This document shows positions 1-9,570 of a DNA stretch of 64,000 nucleotides, piece after piece. Position 1 is the stretch's first letter. Each line of letters starts with the position of its first letter. The notes under the pieces are model-generated. The model was given only the letters and a program-made list of their open reading frames with translations. It was not told the DNA's origin and made no database searches. This stretch comes from a virus: positions 54,471 through 118,470 of the IMG/VR virus record IMGVR_UViG_3300032313_000500; one strand, written 5' to 3'. The position numbers were made by a program, and so were the translations under genes.

Positions 1-1
1 T

Positions 2-430
2 AAAGAAGCAGAGTCAATAGCAGTAAGAAGTATTGCTTTTGCTCAAGGAAAATCAAAACGTGATGCCATAAGGTATTTAAGGAATAGGAAAGACAAAGAT
101 TATTTGGCTTTAATGGATTTAGCCATTGGAAAAATGATAGACGACGCAGTGGACTCACTGTTTCAAGACAGGGGTGGAGTTTACGATGATGTCGCTAAAA
201 AATATAGTGTTTATTCTCGTCATGGGATGCATGAGTTAATTGCTGAAATAGGAAAACTCATAACCTCAACCCCAGAAGAGAGGGGTTTGTCTGCAAGCGA
301 CACAAACTACGCCATTGATAGTGAAACCGTAGATTTCCTCATGGACATGTTTCCTTCAATATCAAGAGGATTATGGGTAAGTATAATAAAGACGTCTTAT
401 CCAGGGATTCAAATAAAGGTATTGAGGTAA
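2..430 (+). CDS. Hypothetical protein, 5'-truncated
   Basis: Frame of the 104..430 ORF is open back to nt 2 (KEAESIAVRS...), so the gene starts outside the window. Confidence 0.6.
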   Translation, partial: KEAESIAVRSIAFAQGKSKRDAIRYLRNRKDKDYLALMDLAIGKMIDDAVDSLFQDRGGVYDDVAKKYSVYSRHGMHELIAEIGKLITSTPEERGLSASDTNYAIDSETVDFLMDMFPSISRGLWVSIIKTSYPGIQIKVLR

Positions 431-433
431 CAG

Positions 434-640
434 ATGACAACCTACGGACGTAACGCCAGATTTACGGGAATTAAATCAAAAATAGACGAGTTAGACATGT
501 TGATAAACTCGTTTGAGTTTTCCAAGGAGACCGACCTGTTGGCTCAACTTAAAAAGTTGCGTGAACAATTACTAGAAACACTTGACAATTTGGAAAAAAC
601 TTTAGGAGATAGCCAAAAATCTCCTGAAGGCGAGAAGTAG
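434..640 (+). CDS. Hypothetical coiled-coil protein
   Basis: 68-aa ORF 3 nt after the previous stop; heptad-like Leu pattern. Confidence 0.6.
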   Translation: MTTYGRNARFTGIKSKIDELDMLINSFEFSKETDLLAQLKKLREQLLETLDNLEKTLGDSQKSPEGEK

Positions 641-786
641 TTACCAAATAATTATTGACTCAAAACCCAATACCTTCACTACGGCCACTAAAATAGCGTT
701 ATTATTTTTCAATAGGGCTTGGTGCTTACCTGGGCCGTCCAATTAGTAAACAAAAACCAATTATCCCAAACCAGGAGAAAAATAAA

Positions 787-2145
787 ATGTCAGACCAAGC
801 AAGACTTACAGAATTGCAATCCGCCCTTCGCGCCAAGATGGCCGATAACAAGGCAATTGCAGACTCATTCCGCATTGAAGAAGGAACCGTTGTTGTCAAC
901 GCTCAGCAAAAGAGCGCATTTGATAAGAACATGACCGACATCAAGGAAATCAAGGGACTCATTGAGGGCCTTGAGGCAATGAACACCGTTGACCAATGGG
1001 GCTCACAGGCTCCAGCAGAATCAGTTGCTGCTGCTGCAGCCGCTGGCTACTCTCTCAAGAGCGTCTACGGCTCACAGAGCATCGGTGACCTCTTCCTCGC
1101 TTCACCAGAGTTCAAGACCCTTTTGGGTGGCAAGAATGGCGCAAACATGCCTTCCCCATTCCAACTCGGAGCATCACTCACCACTCATGGCGCATTCAGC
1201 GTTAAGGACGTTTACTCGGCACTTCCATCAGGCACATTGGGCCGTGGTGCAGATGCTCAGTTCGGTTCAATCCAGCGTGACCCAATGGTCATGTCACCAC
1301 AGCGTGTAAAGCGCGTTCGTGACTTGTTCCCAAGCCGCACCACAACTGCTGCAGTTATTGAATACTTCCGTATGCTCGGTTTCACCGCAACAGGCGGCGG
1401 AGTCAACAATGCAGGAACAGTTGCTGAGCGTAACGCCGGAAACACAAACTTTGCTGCCAAGCCACAGTCCTCAATGGTATTTGAAGGCCACCAGGCCCCA
1501 GTACGTACCATTGCTCACTGGGAAGCAGCACACCGTAACGTCCTCGCAGACGAGCCACAGTTGCGTTCAATCATTGACAACGAATTGATGTACGGTCTCC
1601 GTCTTCAAGAAGATGCTCAAATCCTCAACGGTGATGGCTCTGGCGAAAACCTTACTGGTGTTCTTCAGACTTCCGGTATCCAGAACTACTCATGGTCCAG
1701 CGGTTTGTACTCAGCAACTGCAGGAATGTCAGACACAAAGGCAGACGCAATCCGTCGCGCCGCTACTCTGTCGTTCTTGGCTTACTACGAGCCATCTGGT
1801 GTCGTTCTTCACCCGAACGATTGGGAAGACATTGAGTTGACCAAGGATGGCAATGGCCAGTACCTCGTTGCAGTTTCGGTTGCAATGGGTGGCGAGCCAA
1901 AGGTATGGCGTTTGCCGGTCGTTGAGACTCCTGCAATCCCAGAAGGCACCGCACTTGTCGGCGCATTCGGTACGGGCGCACAGTTGTATGACCGTGAGCA
2001 GGCTTCAATCCGCATCTCAGAGCAGCACTCGGACTTCTTCGTTCGCAACGCAATCGTTGTACTCGCAGAACAGCGCCTCGCCCTTGCGGTTAAGCGCCCA
2101 GAGTCATTCGTCAAAGTTACATTTGACAACGCTCCAGCAGCCTAA
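787..2145 (+). CDS. Major capsid protein, HK97 fold, with N-terminal coiled-coil (delta-like) domain
   Basis: Motifs RVRDLFP, TIAHW..A...VLAD...LRSIIDNEL.YGL.LQEDAQILNGDG.G.NL.G, GIVLHPNDW, LWGLPVVET-like and FVRNAIVVLAEQRLALAV.RPESFVK are typical of HK97-family MCPs; upstream AGGAG; followed by a terminator. Confidence 0.95.
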   Translation: MSDQARLTELQSALRAKMADNKAIADSFRIEEGTVVVNAQQKSAFDKNMTDIKEIKGLIEGLEAMNTVDQWGSQAPAESVAAAAAAGYSLKSVYGSQSIGDLFLASPEFKTLLGGKNGANMPSPFQLGASLTTHGAFSVKDVYSALPSGTLGRGADAQFGSIQRDPMVMSPQRVKRVRDLFPSRTTTAAVIEYFRMLGFTATGGGVNNAGTVAERNAGNTNFAAKPQSSMVFEGHQAPVRTIAHWEAAHRNVLADEPQLRSIIDNELMYGLRLQEDAQILNGDGSGENLTGVLQTSGIQNYSWSSGLYSATAGMSDTKADAIRRAATLSFLAYYEPSGVVLHPNDWEDIELTKDGNGQYLVAVSVAMGGEPKVWRLPVVETPAIPEGTALVGAFGTGAQLYDREQASIRISEQHSDFFVRNAIVVLAEQRLALAVKRPESFVKVTFDNAPAA

Positions 2146-2157
2146 TAACTACTAAGT

Positions 2158-2197
2158 AAAAACCCCGCTCATGCCTTCGGGTGTGGGCGGGGTTTTT
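2158..2197 (+). terminator. Intrinsic terminator after the capsid gene
   Basis: AAAAACCCCGCTCATGCC-TTCG-GGTGTGGGCGGGGTTTTT hairpin with UUCG loop. Confidence 0.9.
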
Positions 2198-2240
2198 GCT
2201 ATTTATGGCATAATTAGAACATGCCACCTTAGGGCTAATC

Positions 2241-2286
2241 CAGGAAATCCCTCGTCCTTGTTTTGAAGGCGGGGGATTTCTTGTTT
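2241..2286 (+). terminator. Second hairpin/terminator
   Basis: CAGGAAATCCCTCGTCCTT / AAGGCGGGGGATTTCTTG inverted repeat followed by T-rich sequence. Confidence 0.6.
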
Positions 2287-2339
2287 AACGGGAGTATCTG
2301 AGCCTTTTGCGTTTATGGACTACAATTTGTTCATGACAT

Positions 2340-2522
2340 ATGAAGTTGATTGTTGTGCCTAGAAGAGACGAAGACGAGCCATTGGATAAATACATCCAAT
2401 ACGTTAGTAAACTAAGAGGCACACCCGACGATTTTGAGGATTGGGCGCTAGACAACAATGTTAAGTTGCCTGCTAAAAAGAAGACAAATAAACCAGAGGA
2501 CAATTATGACGATACCCAGTGA
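2340..2522 (+). CDS. Hypothetical protein
   Basis: 60-aa ORF, first of an overlapping gene chain. Confidence 0.55.
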   Translation: MKLIVVPRRDEDEPLDKYIQYVSKLRGTPDDFEDWALDNNVKLPAKKKTNKPEDNYDDTQ

Positions 2523-2703
2523 AGACGCTTTTAAAGACAAGGGAACATGGGATAGATGGAAGAAGAGAAATTCTCCCGGTAGGTCACCCGAAGAAACAAT
2601 TAGGTCAATGGAAGCACCAGTTAATCCTTTCACAAACGACCCAAACAATCCCTTCACTATCCTAAAAAGAGAGCGGGAAATTAGAGAAGCGGGCGAACAG
2701 TGA
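2506..2703 (+). CDS. Hypothetical protein
   Basis: AGAGGA before ATG 2506; stop overlaps next start. Confidence 0.55.
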   Translation: MTIPSEDAFKDKGTWDRWKKRNSPGRSPEETIRSMEAPVNPFTNDPNNPFTILKREREIREAGEQ

Positions 2704-2966
2704 TAATCAAGCCCGGCACCGACCCTGAACAGGCTGCAAAAATAAGGGCTTCAATTAATAAACTCCATCAAGAGATTGAAGACTTCCTTACACTTTCTGA
2801 CACTATTGAGTCAGAAAACCCCACGGGGGACGCATGGAAGGCAGTGTGGGGACACGAAAATCCTGCTTTTGATGAGAACACAAAAGAAAGCCACGAACTA
2901 AAAGCAAGCATAGCAAAAATGCACGGCATGGACATTGGTGCCCAAAAACAAATTGAGGCAGAGTGA
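2700..2966 (+). CDS. Hypothetical protein
   Basis: GTGA overlaps at both ends (translational coupling). Confidence 0.65.
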   Translation: MIIKPGTDPEQAAKIRASINKLHQEIEDFLTLSDTIESENPTGDAWKAVWGHENPAFDENTKESHELKASIAKMHGMDIGAQKQIEAE

Positions 2967-3754
2967 TGGATTCCATCTTTTCTTTTGATGAAAGCAAATG
3001 GTCTGTTTTTGATGTCGCGTACTCAATTGAACTGAAAGAACAGTACCCAGAAATTTGGGCTATGTCTGGCGGCTCAAAGTCCGACTACGTGCACAGCGTC
3101 CTGTTGGAAGTGTTTGAAAATGGTGGGGTGGCTACGACCCCGGAACAAGCAGAAGTTCTTGAACTAAGAGAATCCTGGATTAACAGACATGTTTACGATA
3201 GTCAGCCAGCAGGTTATATTGCTCAAGTTAAATGGCTAGCCGTATCTTCCAACGGTGAAGCATGGCAGAAGAGAAAAATCAACGAAGAAGTTTCAAAATT
3301 TCATGCAAGAAACGAATGGCTTCTTGAAAAAGGTGGTCCATGCTGGCAGGGTTACAAACAGGTCGGAATGAAAAAGGGAAAAAGCGGAAAAATGGTTCCC
3401 AACTGTGTTCCGGTTGAGACCAAAAGTGCGCAATTAAAAAACCCCAAAGGTGGGCTTACTGCCGCTGGTAGAAAATTCTTCAAGAGAACCGAAGGCTCAA
3501 ATCTAAAACCGGGCGTAAAAGGTGCTGCTGACACCCCGGAAAAGATGCGTAGAAAAGGTTCATTCCTGACTAGATTCTTCACCAACCCATCAGGACCGAT
3601 GAAAGACGACAAGGGACGCCCTACGCGTCTTGCTCTTTCTGCTGCAGCATGGGGAGAACCAGTGCCTCAGGACGCCTCAGACGCCGCTGCGCTGGCCGCT
3701 AAGGGCCGCAGAATGCTTGATAGGTACGAGAGAGCAAAGAAGGCCAAAAAATGA
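2963..3754 (+). CDS. Composite phage protein, putative head component
   Basis: Carries motifs recurrent in tailed-phage head regions: GPCWQGYKQVGMKK..SGKMVPNCVP and NPKGGLTAAGRKFFKRTEGSNLKPGV...RKGSFLTRF (DUF6321-like, from memory). Confidence 0.6.
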   Translation: MMDSIFSFDESKWSVFDVAYSIELKEQYPEIWAMSGGSKSDYVHSVLLEVFENGGVATTPEQAEVLELRESWINRHVYDSQPAGYIAQVKWLAVSSNGEAWQKRKINEEVSKFHARNEWLLEKGGPCWQGYKQVGMKKGKSGKMVPNCVPVETKSAQLKNPKGGLTAAGRKFFKRTEGSNLKPGVKGAADTPEKMRRKGSFLTRFFTNPSGPMKDDKGRPTRLALSAAAWGEPVPQDASDAAALAAKGRRMLDRYERAKKAKK

Positions 3755-4203
3755 CTACATGGGGCGAATACAAGGGCGAGATAAAAGGTTTTAGGTTTGA
3801 AACAAAAGCAGACAAGAAATGCCCTCCAGCAACACAGGACATTTCGGTAAACATAAAGAACCGTCAAAAGGCAATCAAGTCTGCGGCATATGGTCCTTTA
3901 AACCCTAAAGAGACAAACGATAAATTTTGGCAAGAAAAAGCAGACAGATGGGACGTCTCTATCCCCTCAGCAAAAAAGCAGAAGTGTGGAAACTGTATTC
4001 TCTTCGTACGCTCGCCAAGAATCCTTGACTGCATTGAGACAGGACTCGGGAACGAGTCTGGCGCAGCGTGGGACGTAATTGAAGCAGGAAAGATTGGATA
4101 CTGCGAAGCGTTTGACTTCAAGTGCCATGCCGAACGAACATGCGATGCATGGGTCGTAGGTGGACCAACCGTAACGGACAACGACAGTCGGAAACCAGAC
4201 TAA
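3751..4203 (+). CDS. Cys-rich conserved phage protein
   Basis: CPPATQDISVNIKNRQKAI..AAYGPLNP...CGNC...GYCEAFDFKCHAERTCDAWVVGGP; coupled to the upstream gene. Confidence 0.65.
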   Translation: MTTWGEYKGEIKGFRFETKADKKCPPATQDISVNIKNRQKAIKSAAYGPLNPKETNDKFWQEKADRWDVSIPSAKKQKCGNCILFVRSPRILDCIETGLGNESGAAWDVIEAGKIGYCEAFDFKCHAERTCDAWVVGGPTVTDNDSRKPD

Positions 4204-4607
4204 TGACGAACGAAAGATTCTGGTACGGAGCAACCCTGTTAAAAGTTATTGATGGTGACACAATTGAACTCATGATTGACCTTGGTTTCAATATCCATCA
4301 CAAGATTCGTGTTCGTCTTTATGGGGTAAATACGCCAGAATCACGCACAAAAGACCTTGCTGAAAAAGAAATGGGCCTAAAGGCTAAGAGTTTCACCCAA
4401 GACTGGCTTACTAATCACAAGTGGGTATTCGTTAATACCATCCCCGATAAGAACGACAAATACGGGCGTATTTTGGCTCGTATTTTTTCTTCGGACGATA
4501 TTGATGACCCAACTACTGCTTGTCTTAATAAAGACATAATCCAGTCTGGCTACGCCCGTGAATACTTCGGCGTTGGCGATAAGACTTGGACTGAGTTTAA
4601 GAAATAA
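4203..4607 (+). CDS. Thermonuclease (SNase-like)
   Basis: KVIDGDTI, RVRLYGVNTPE and DKYGRILA catalytic motifs; ATG at 4203 overlaps the previous stop. Confidence 0.9.
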   Translation: MTNERFWYGATLLKVIDGDTIELMIDLGFNIHHKIRVRLYGVNTPESRTKDLAEKEMGLKAKSFTQDWLTNHKWVFVNTIPDKNDKYGRILARIFSSDDIDDPTTACLNKDIIQSGYAREYFGVGDKTWTEFKK

Positions 4608-4642
4608 AAAACCCCGCCCCAATTAAGGAGCGGGAGTTTTTT
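4606..4642. terminator. Bidirectional terminator between convergent genes
   Basis: AAAAAACCCCGCCCC-AATTAA-GGAGCGGGAGTTTTTT. Confidence 0.75.
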
Positions 4643-4666
4643 AATAAGTTTTTAGACTGTTAGTTT

Positions 4667-5293
4667 TTAGACTGTGGTTCCATCCCAGTCAAGAGGAGCA
4701 CCTGCATCGGAACTTGCCTGAACTGTAATTACTACACCAAGGTTTGCACCAGCAACGGTTGAACCAACCTGAGTCACTGCTACGGTCACCAATTGACCTG
4801 CAGCAAATGCGGCGGGTGAAGCAGACGTCGCTGTTGCGCTTGCGCCTGCAGCAACTGCTGCTGACGATACGTTTGGCTTTGTTCTGACATATCCGAATGT
4901 TGTGGTTGAGGCAACTGCACTGATTACATATGTTCCATCAAATGGCGCACCTACGTTATCTACGGTCACTGTGTCGCCCACTGCGTAACCATGAACTGCT
5001 GAAGTTGTAAGGGTTGCAACGTTTGATGTGAGTGCCTTGTTTGTGATGGTGAATGCACCAGTGCTGAGGGTGAAGTCTCCGCTTGTTCCTGAGGCGGCGA
5101 TTGAGAGTCTTCCCAAAACTCCGTCATTGGCAACAAGGGTGGCGGTAAGAGCCGCACCCGTAGGGGCGGTACCTACGGCAGCAGTTGCTCCCGTAACGTA
5201 TCCCTTGAATGGCATACGAAACACGGCAGTGCTGGAAGTGGCGAGTGTACCTGTGATGTTGGCACTAAGAATTGCTGGTGTGCTAATTGACAT
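4667..5293 (-). CDS. Ala/Thr/Gly-rich virion-like beta protein (decoration or fibre-like)
   Basis: AAGGAG RBS; beta-rich composition; ATLTTSAVHGYAVGDTVTV..V...FDGTYVI motif of phage fibre-type modules. Confidence 0.5.
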   Translation of the reverse strand: MSISTPAILSANITGTLATSSTAVFRMPFKGYVTGATAAVGTAPTGAALTATLVANDGVLGRLSIAASGTSGDFTLSTGAFTITNKALTSNVATLTTSAVHGYAVGDTVTVDNVGAPFDGTYVISAVASTTTFGYVRTKPNVSSAAVAAGASATATSASPAAFAAGQLVTVAVTQVGSTVAGANLGVVITVQASSDAGAPLDWDGTTV

Positions 5294-5371
5294 TTATGTC
5301 TCCTTGGAGTTGTTGGCGCTAATGCCCTTGTTCTAAATAATACATCAGACTGTGGCTTGGCGTAGCAATAA

Positions 5372-7414
5372 TTACTGGTTGTCTTTAATAAATTTTATTT
5401 CGCATGAATCCGTTGTGCAGTAAGACTCCCCGATTGCATCGGCAGCCATTCCTGCATATACGCCCGTGAAGTCAATAGGAAATAATGATTTACCTGCCTC
5501 TTCATAGACGCTCTGCTCTATCTGTGTGTACGGCATTTGCGGATAGGTGAAGTTTCCTTGGGGCAAGAACGACACAGTCTTTAATTGACCGTCATACATG
5601 TGGAGTACGGTGCCGATGTGTTCTTTTTCTTTCTCTGCGTCAAAGGAAATCGTAACTGACACCGAGTTGTCCGACCAGTAGCGTTGTGCAACTGCTGCTA
5701 GTGACATCTTTTCAAAGATTGTTACGTCCTTTTCGGAGCGACGTGCGTCTGACTTGATTGGGAAGAACACAACAGAGGTCGTCTCAGGCGATTCAGAGGC
5801 AGGCTCAACTCTGTAGTTGGCCATCTTGAACAGCGGAAGCATTGGGTCGTCGTTAGAGAACCGGATTGCTCTGTCAAAATACTCACCACCTGGAGTCCAA
5901 TGAACCCCAGGAGACTCGCCGGCGAGAATTGAAACAGTTCCCGAAGGCTTTACTGTTGTCATCTTGATTGATTCACGAATTCCAAGCCACTCAGAGTAAG
6001 AAACGTCATAATTCTTTACTGTGTTGTACCCAGTGTCCATCCATTCACGAAGAACTGGCATTCCTACACGGTCAGCGAAGTTAGCAACACCGGACATTGA
6101 AGTACCGATGCGACGATTGCGTTGCATGATTGCGTTTGTCTCTTCCCAGTGGGTAGGAAGAAGCGTTACGGTCTTTGCGTAGAGATATGCAAACTTCAAG
6201 GTTCGCTTGTAGTCATCTAATGAATCGTGACGATTGAGGTATGTCTCCACGAGAGTACAGCACTCATATGACTCAAGAGATTGTTCTGCACATGGGTTAT
6301 ATCCAGCAACACGCCAGTCTTTGTTGTTTGCAGGGTCTGCAAGACGGCCGTATTTACGAGACATATCAAGCCAGATGACTCCTGGCTCTCCATTGAGAGC
6401 GATTCCGTCAACAATCTTGGAAAGGTCTTTACCTACAGAAGTTTCTACAGAGTTGTTGGACATCCAACCCCAACCGAGAGATTCTGGGTCGTACGAGTTG
6501 CGCGCAGGAAACACTGACGAGTTCTTTAGGTTAAGGAACTCATCGTCATCCAAACTGCCAATTAGTAATTCTGCAGAACGACGTACGTTTCCAGAAACAA
6601 CACAAACACCAATCATGTTTCCGATGTCTGCGATATCAACTTTTGTAACTAATTGACCATTGCGGTTTTTAAACATTTTTCTAATGTAGTTGTGCAGTCG
6701 CTCTAACGAAGCGTGACCAGCAGCCGTACCACCAAAAGTTTTAATAGGTGTTCCTGCAGGGCGAATTAGTGAATAATCAAAGACGATTGGTGCCTGGTCC
6801 TGCTTTAAGTAAGAGTTAATCAACATACTCACAGATGTAACCCAACCTTCTCGGCTGTCTTCAATTACTTCAGTAACTACTGGTTTTGTTGGCTCATAGA
6901 TAGTGAAATCTTTTTCTGCACCCTTGTTGTCAAATCCAACACCGACACCAAGCATTGATGCTTCCATAAGAAACGCAAAAGGCTTTGCAGGGTTGTTCTT
7001 TGTCATTTCAGATGTTGATACAAATGCACAGTTCTGTAATGCAGCAGAGTTTTTCTGAACATTGACTAACGGAGTCCCCATAACCCACAAGCCACGACCA
7101 GGTGGAGTCCACTTCAGGTTAAACAAACGGTCAAACGCTTCTTTTGCAGATGCTTGTGCTTTGGAGTCATTCCAGGGTAGACGATTTGTTTTGCAGTGGT
7201 CTTTCTGCAGGGAGTACATACCGTTGATTACGCGTTCACAAACATCTGACCATGTTTCTTTTGTTCCGTCTTCTTTTAAGCGCGAATAAGTACGCAAAAA
7301 AGTTATTTCTCCTACAGAGTTACCACCGGCATCAACATAACCAAATGGTGCTTTTCTAGTTCTGTACGAACTAATAAAATCTTCTGATAAACGGAATGTG
7401 AAAAATGAAGACAC
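5372..7414 (-). CDS. nrdJ: Class II (adenosylcobalamin-dependent) ribonucleotide reductase, monomeric RTPR type
   Basis: WTPPGRGLW, LQNCAF, GNVRRSAE, NPCAEQSL (thiyl Cys), TTVKPSGTVS, DNSVSVT and C-terminal YCTTDSC. Confidence 0.96.
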   Translation of the reverse strand: MSSFFTFRLSEDFISSYRTRKAPFGYVDAGGNSVGEITFLRTYSRLKEDGTKETWSDVCERVINGMYSLQKDHCKTNRLPWNDSKAQASAKEAFDRLFNLKWTPPGRGLWVMGTPLVNVQKNSAALQNCAFVSTSEMTKNNPAKPFAFLMEASMLGVGVGFDNKGAEKDFTIYEPTKPVVTEVIEDSREGWVTSVSMLINSYLKQDQAPIVFDYSLIRPAGTPIKTFGGTAAGHASLERLHNYIRKMFKNRNGQLVTKVDIADIGNMIGVCVVSGNVRRSAELLIGSLDDDEFLNLKNSSVFPARNSYDPESLGWGWMSNNSVETSVGKDLSKIVDGIALNGEPGVIWLDMSRKYGRLADPANNKDWRVAGYNPCAEQSLESYECCTLVETYLNRHDSLDDYKRTLKFAYLYAKTVTLLPTHWEETNAIMQRNRRIGTSMSGVANFADRVGMPVLREWMDTGYNTVKNYDVSYSEWLGIRESIKMTTVKPSGTVSILAGESPGVHWTPGGEYFDRAIRFSNDDPMLPLFKMANYRVEPASESPETTSVVFFPIKSDARRSEKDVTIFEKMSLAAVAQRYWSDNSVSVTISFDAEKEKEHIGTVLHMYDGQLKTVSFLPQGNFTYPQMPYTQIEQSVYEEAGKSLFPIDFTGVYAGMAADAIGESYCTTDSCEIKFIKDNQ

Positions 7415-7484
7415 TCGCTTGTTCCTCTTTCTAATTGTATGTTTAGGAAATCAATCATACAACCAACACTCCGTTTACCCCTGT

Positions 7485-7802
7485 CTAAGCAATGCCCAAA
7501 TTTTTAGCCGCTTCAAGTGTCACGTATGAACCTTTGTGATGAATAATTACACGTGCTTTTGTGAATGGAGTTATTTGACGGTCTTCGTAGATGTCTTCTT
7601 CTACTAAAAACGTCTGCAGTTCTTTTAATGTTTCAATAACTCCGGTAAGTCCAACAATTTTTTGCGGTGGGCCACTTTCTCCGTCGCAATCACCTGTAGG
7701 GTGTCCGCAAACTGGACAAGGTTGACGAGTTGCTCTTAGAATGGATATTCCATTTCCAAGTTCCTCATTTGCTGAATCTCTAAACATGCCCAATTTTATC
7801 AC
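7485..7802 (-). CDS. Hypothetical protein with CxxC/Zn motif
   Basis: PCPVCGHPTGDC; true start may be the internal MFRDS. Confidence 0.65.
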   Translation of the reverse strand: MIKLGMFRDSANEELGNGISILRATRQPCPVCGHPTGDCDGESGPPQKIVGLTGVIETLKELQTFLVEEDIYEDRQITPFTKARVIIHHKGSYVTLEAAKNLGIA

Positions 7803-7874
7803 GCCCCTGTCGTCTACTGGTTAGGACGCGACTCTTATAAGGTCGTTAAGGTGGTTCAATTCCACCCAGGGGTA
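7803..7874 (+). tRNA. tRNA-Ile(UAU)
   Basis: Cloverleaf: acceptor GCCCCTG/CAGGGGT, D arm GTCT/GGAC, anticodon arm CGACT-CTTATAA-GGTCG, T arm GGTGG-TTCAATT-CCACC; CCA not encoded. Confidence 0.9.
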
Positions 7875-8510
7875 CTAGTAGAAAATCTGAAGATGAAAGC
7901 CTAAGTTATTGATTGCTTCTGCTGCTTCATCTTCGTCTTTTTCATTGACAATGTATTGCTCCATTACAGTCTTGTATAAAAGTGCTGGATAACTCTTGTC
8001 ACGCAGTGTTCTTACTGCCCCATCCGGGTAAACGGTAATTGGCTTGAAAATCATTCTGTTTTTTGCCAAGTATTCGTAAGCAATGGAAACGAGGGTTAGT
8101 TCCGCTCCGCCCATCTCGTCGTTTTCTGCATGGGTTACGGTTATACACTCGCTTACACCGGTAGTTTCATCAAGAAACGCTTTCTGAAGGTCAAGTCCTC
8201 TTGTTTTTTCCACGTCCGGAGAACAGTAACCCTCTGCCACCATTGAAATACTGTCAATATCCCAAAAACCTTTAAGAATCCCAAGCATCGCTGCGCATCT
8301 TTGGAGCCTGTCTATTGGCTTTTCTTTCATGTGCTTCTGGCTCAACTGGACAATGGCTAAAACTTTGCCTTCTTTCCATCCAATAAAATTGAACGCCAAA
8401 TCTTCCCCGACTCCTGCTTCACTAACAAAACCCTGTTTTGCTAATTGAGCAGACGTCAAGGCTAATGCTATTTTTGAAAATTCGTCTGGGTATAAATCAT
8501 CCACGCCCAC
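7875..8510 (-). CDS. Hypothetical protein
   Basis: 211-aa ORF with globular composition. Confidence 0.7.
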   Translation of the reverse strand: MGVDDLYPDEFSKIALALTSAQLAKQGFVSEAGVGEDLAFNFIGWKEGKVLAIVQLSQKHMKEKPIDRLQRCAAMLGILKGFWDIDSISMVAEGYCSPDVEKTRGLDLQKAFLDETTGVSECITVTHAENDEMGGAELTLVSIAYEYLAKNRMIFKPITVYPDGAVRTLRDKSYPALLYKTVMEQYIVNEKDEDEAAEAINNLGFHLQIFY

Positions 8511-8540
8511 ACGTTAGCCCACTCAGTGGTATAGTCGGGG

Positions 8541-8873
8541 ATGTCCCATGAGGCCAAAAATCTTAACAAAGAAAGACAAGACATGAGTAAGCAACCAGCA
8601 AAGAAAACAGCAGCCAAGAAGACGGCAGCAAAAAAAACTGCTCCTAAAAAGAAGGCTGCTCCTAAAAAGAAGGCTGCAGCAAAAAAGGCAGACCCAGTCA
8701 AGCGCGCGTATAACAAAGTTGAAAAAGTTGCAAAGGAAAATGGTATTGATTTTGATACCTACGAAGAGAAGGCAATTGAAGTCATTGAAGATGCTTCAGA
8801 AAAAGTAGTTGCTGAATTCGTTAAAAATCGCAAGGGAATCATAAGTAAACTTTTTGCTTGGATTAAGAAGTAA
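8541..8873 (+). CDS. Histone H1-like/Lys-Ala-rich DNA-binding protein
   Basis: PAKKTAAKKTAAKKTAPKKKAAPKKKAAAKK repeats, as in actinobacterial HupB tails. Confidence 0.7.
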   Translation: MSHEAKNLNKERQDMSKQPAKKTAAKKTAAKKTAPKKKAAPKKKAAAKKADPVKRAYNKVEKVAKENGIDFDTYEEKAIEVIEDASEKVVAEFVKNRKGIISKLFAWIKK

Positions 8874-8977
8874 AAAAAACTACTCAAAATAACCCCTAGG
8901 GCGAAAATTTGTTCGCCTCGGGGGTTGTTTTATTTATACGCCTAGGTACGCTTTCTTTTAATAAAGGAAGGTCTCAG

Positions 8978-9196
8978 ATGGCAAGAACACATGGCAACAA
9001 AGAGTTTGCCGCCGTAGTAAAAGAGATTGAACGCATCGGCTTCAGGGTTGAACAGACCAAGCGTGGCGTCTACAAGATTTACCCCCCACTAAGTATTGGT
9101 GGGCGTATGTACACAACCCACGGAACACCAAAGGCGATGAAAGCCATCAAAAGCGAGTTTCGCAAAATCTACGGCATTGACTTGGCCTCAATATGA
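8978..9196 (+). CDS. HicA-like small basic protein
   Basis: AAGGAAGG RBS; VVKEIERIGFRVEQTKRG.YKIY...YTTHGTP pattern of the HicA dsRBD-like fold. Confidence 0.55.
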   Translation: MARTHGNKEFAAVVKEIERIGFRVEQTKRGVYKIYPPLSIGGRMYTTHGTPKAMKAIKSEFRKIYGIDLASI

Positions 9197-9570
9197 TTTA
9201 CCCAGAAAAAGAAATGTATAGCATTCTGGAGCCGCAACCCCCTGAAGTTAGGCTCACAGCGGAGCCACTTCTTGCTCTTTTCAAGATTGAGGGCTCAGAT
9301 AACGGTATTTCCAACCTGGCAATGCGTTTAGGAACTGAACGCAACTCCCTGTACAGGTGGATAGAAAACGGGATTGACCTTAGGAACGCCGAACGCATGG
9401 CTGAAAAAATCAACACGCACCCTTCTTTGATTTGGGGTCCTGAATATCACATCGCAACCTACATGGAGCAAAATCGTCAAACAATAATGGCGCGTAGAAA
9501 ACGTGAAAAACTCGTTATCCGTCGTTCTATTGCCAGAAAGAAAAAGAGAGATGAAGCAGTCACACAATAG
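9193..9570 (+). CDS. HTH DNA-binding protein
   Basis: ISNLAMRLGTERNSLYRWIENG helix-turn-helix; AEKINTHPSLIWG. Confidence 0.65.
   Translation: MIYPEKEMYSILEPQPPEVRLTAEPLLALFKIEGSDNGISNLAMRLGTERNSLYRWIENGIDLRNAERMAEKINTHPSLIWGPEYHIATYMEQNRQTIMARRKREKLVIRRSIARKKKRDEAVTQ

Noticed and set aside
719-2155. Alternative-frame and antisense ORFs over the capsid gene (likewise over nrdJ, the giant gene and the helicases)
   Set aside because: Shadow ORFs of strongly conserved genes; no RBS or recognisable motifs
5372-7414. Intein or intron in nrdJ or the helicases
   Set aside because: Lengths are normal for the families; no C/S...HN splice motifs or LAGLIDADG insertions seen
8541-8873. DNA-level tandem repeat element
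   Set aside because: Explained by the PAKK/AAKK protein repeat of a histone-like tail
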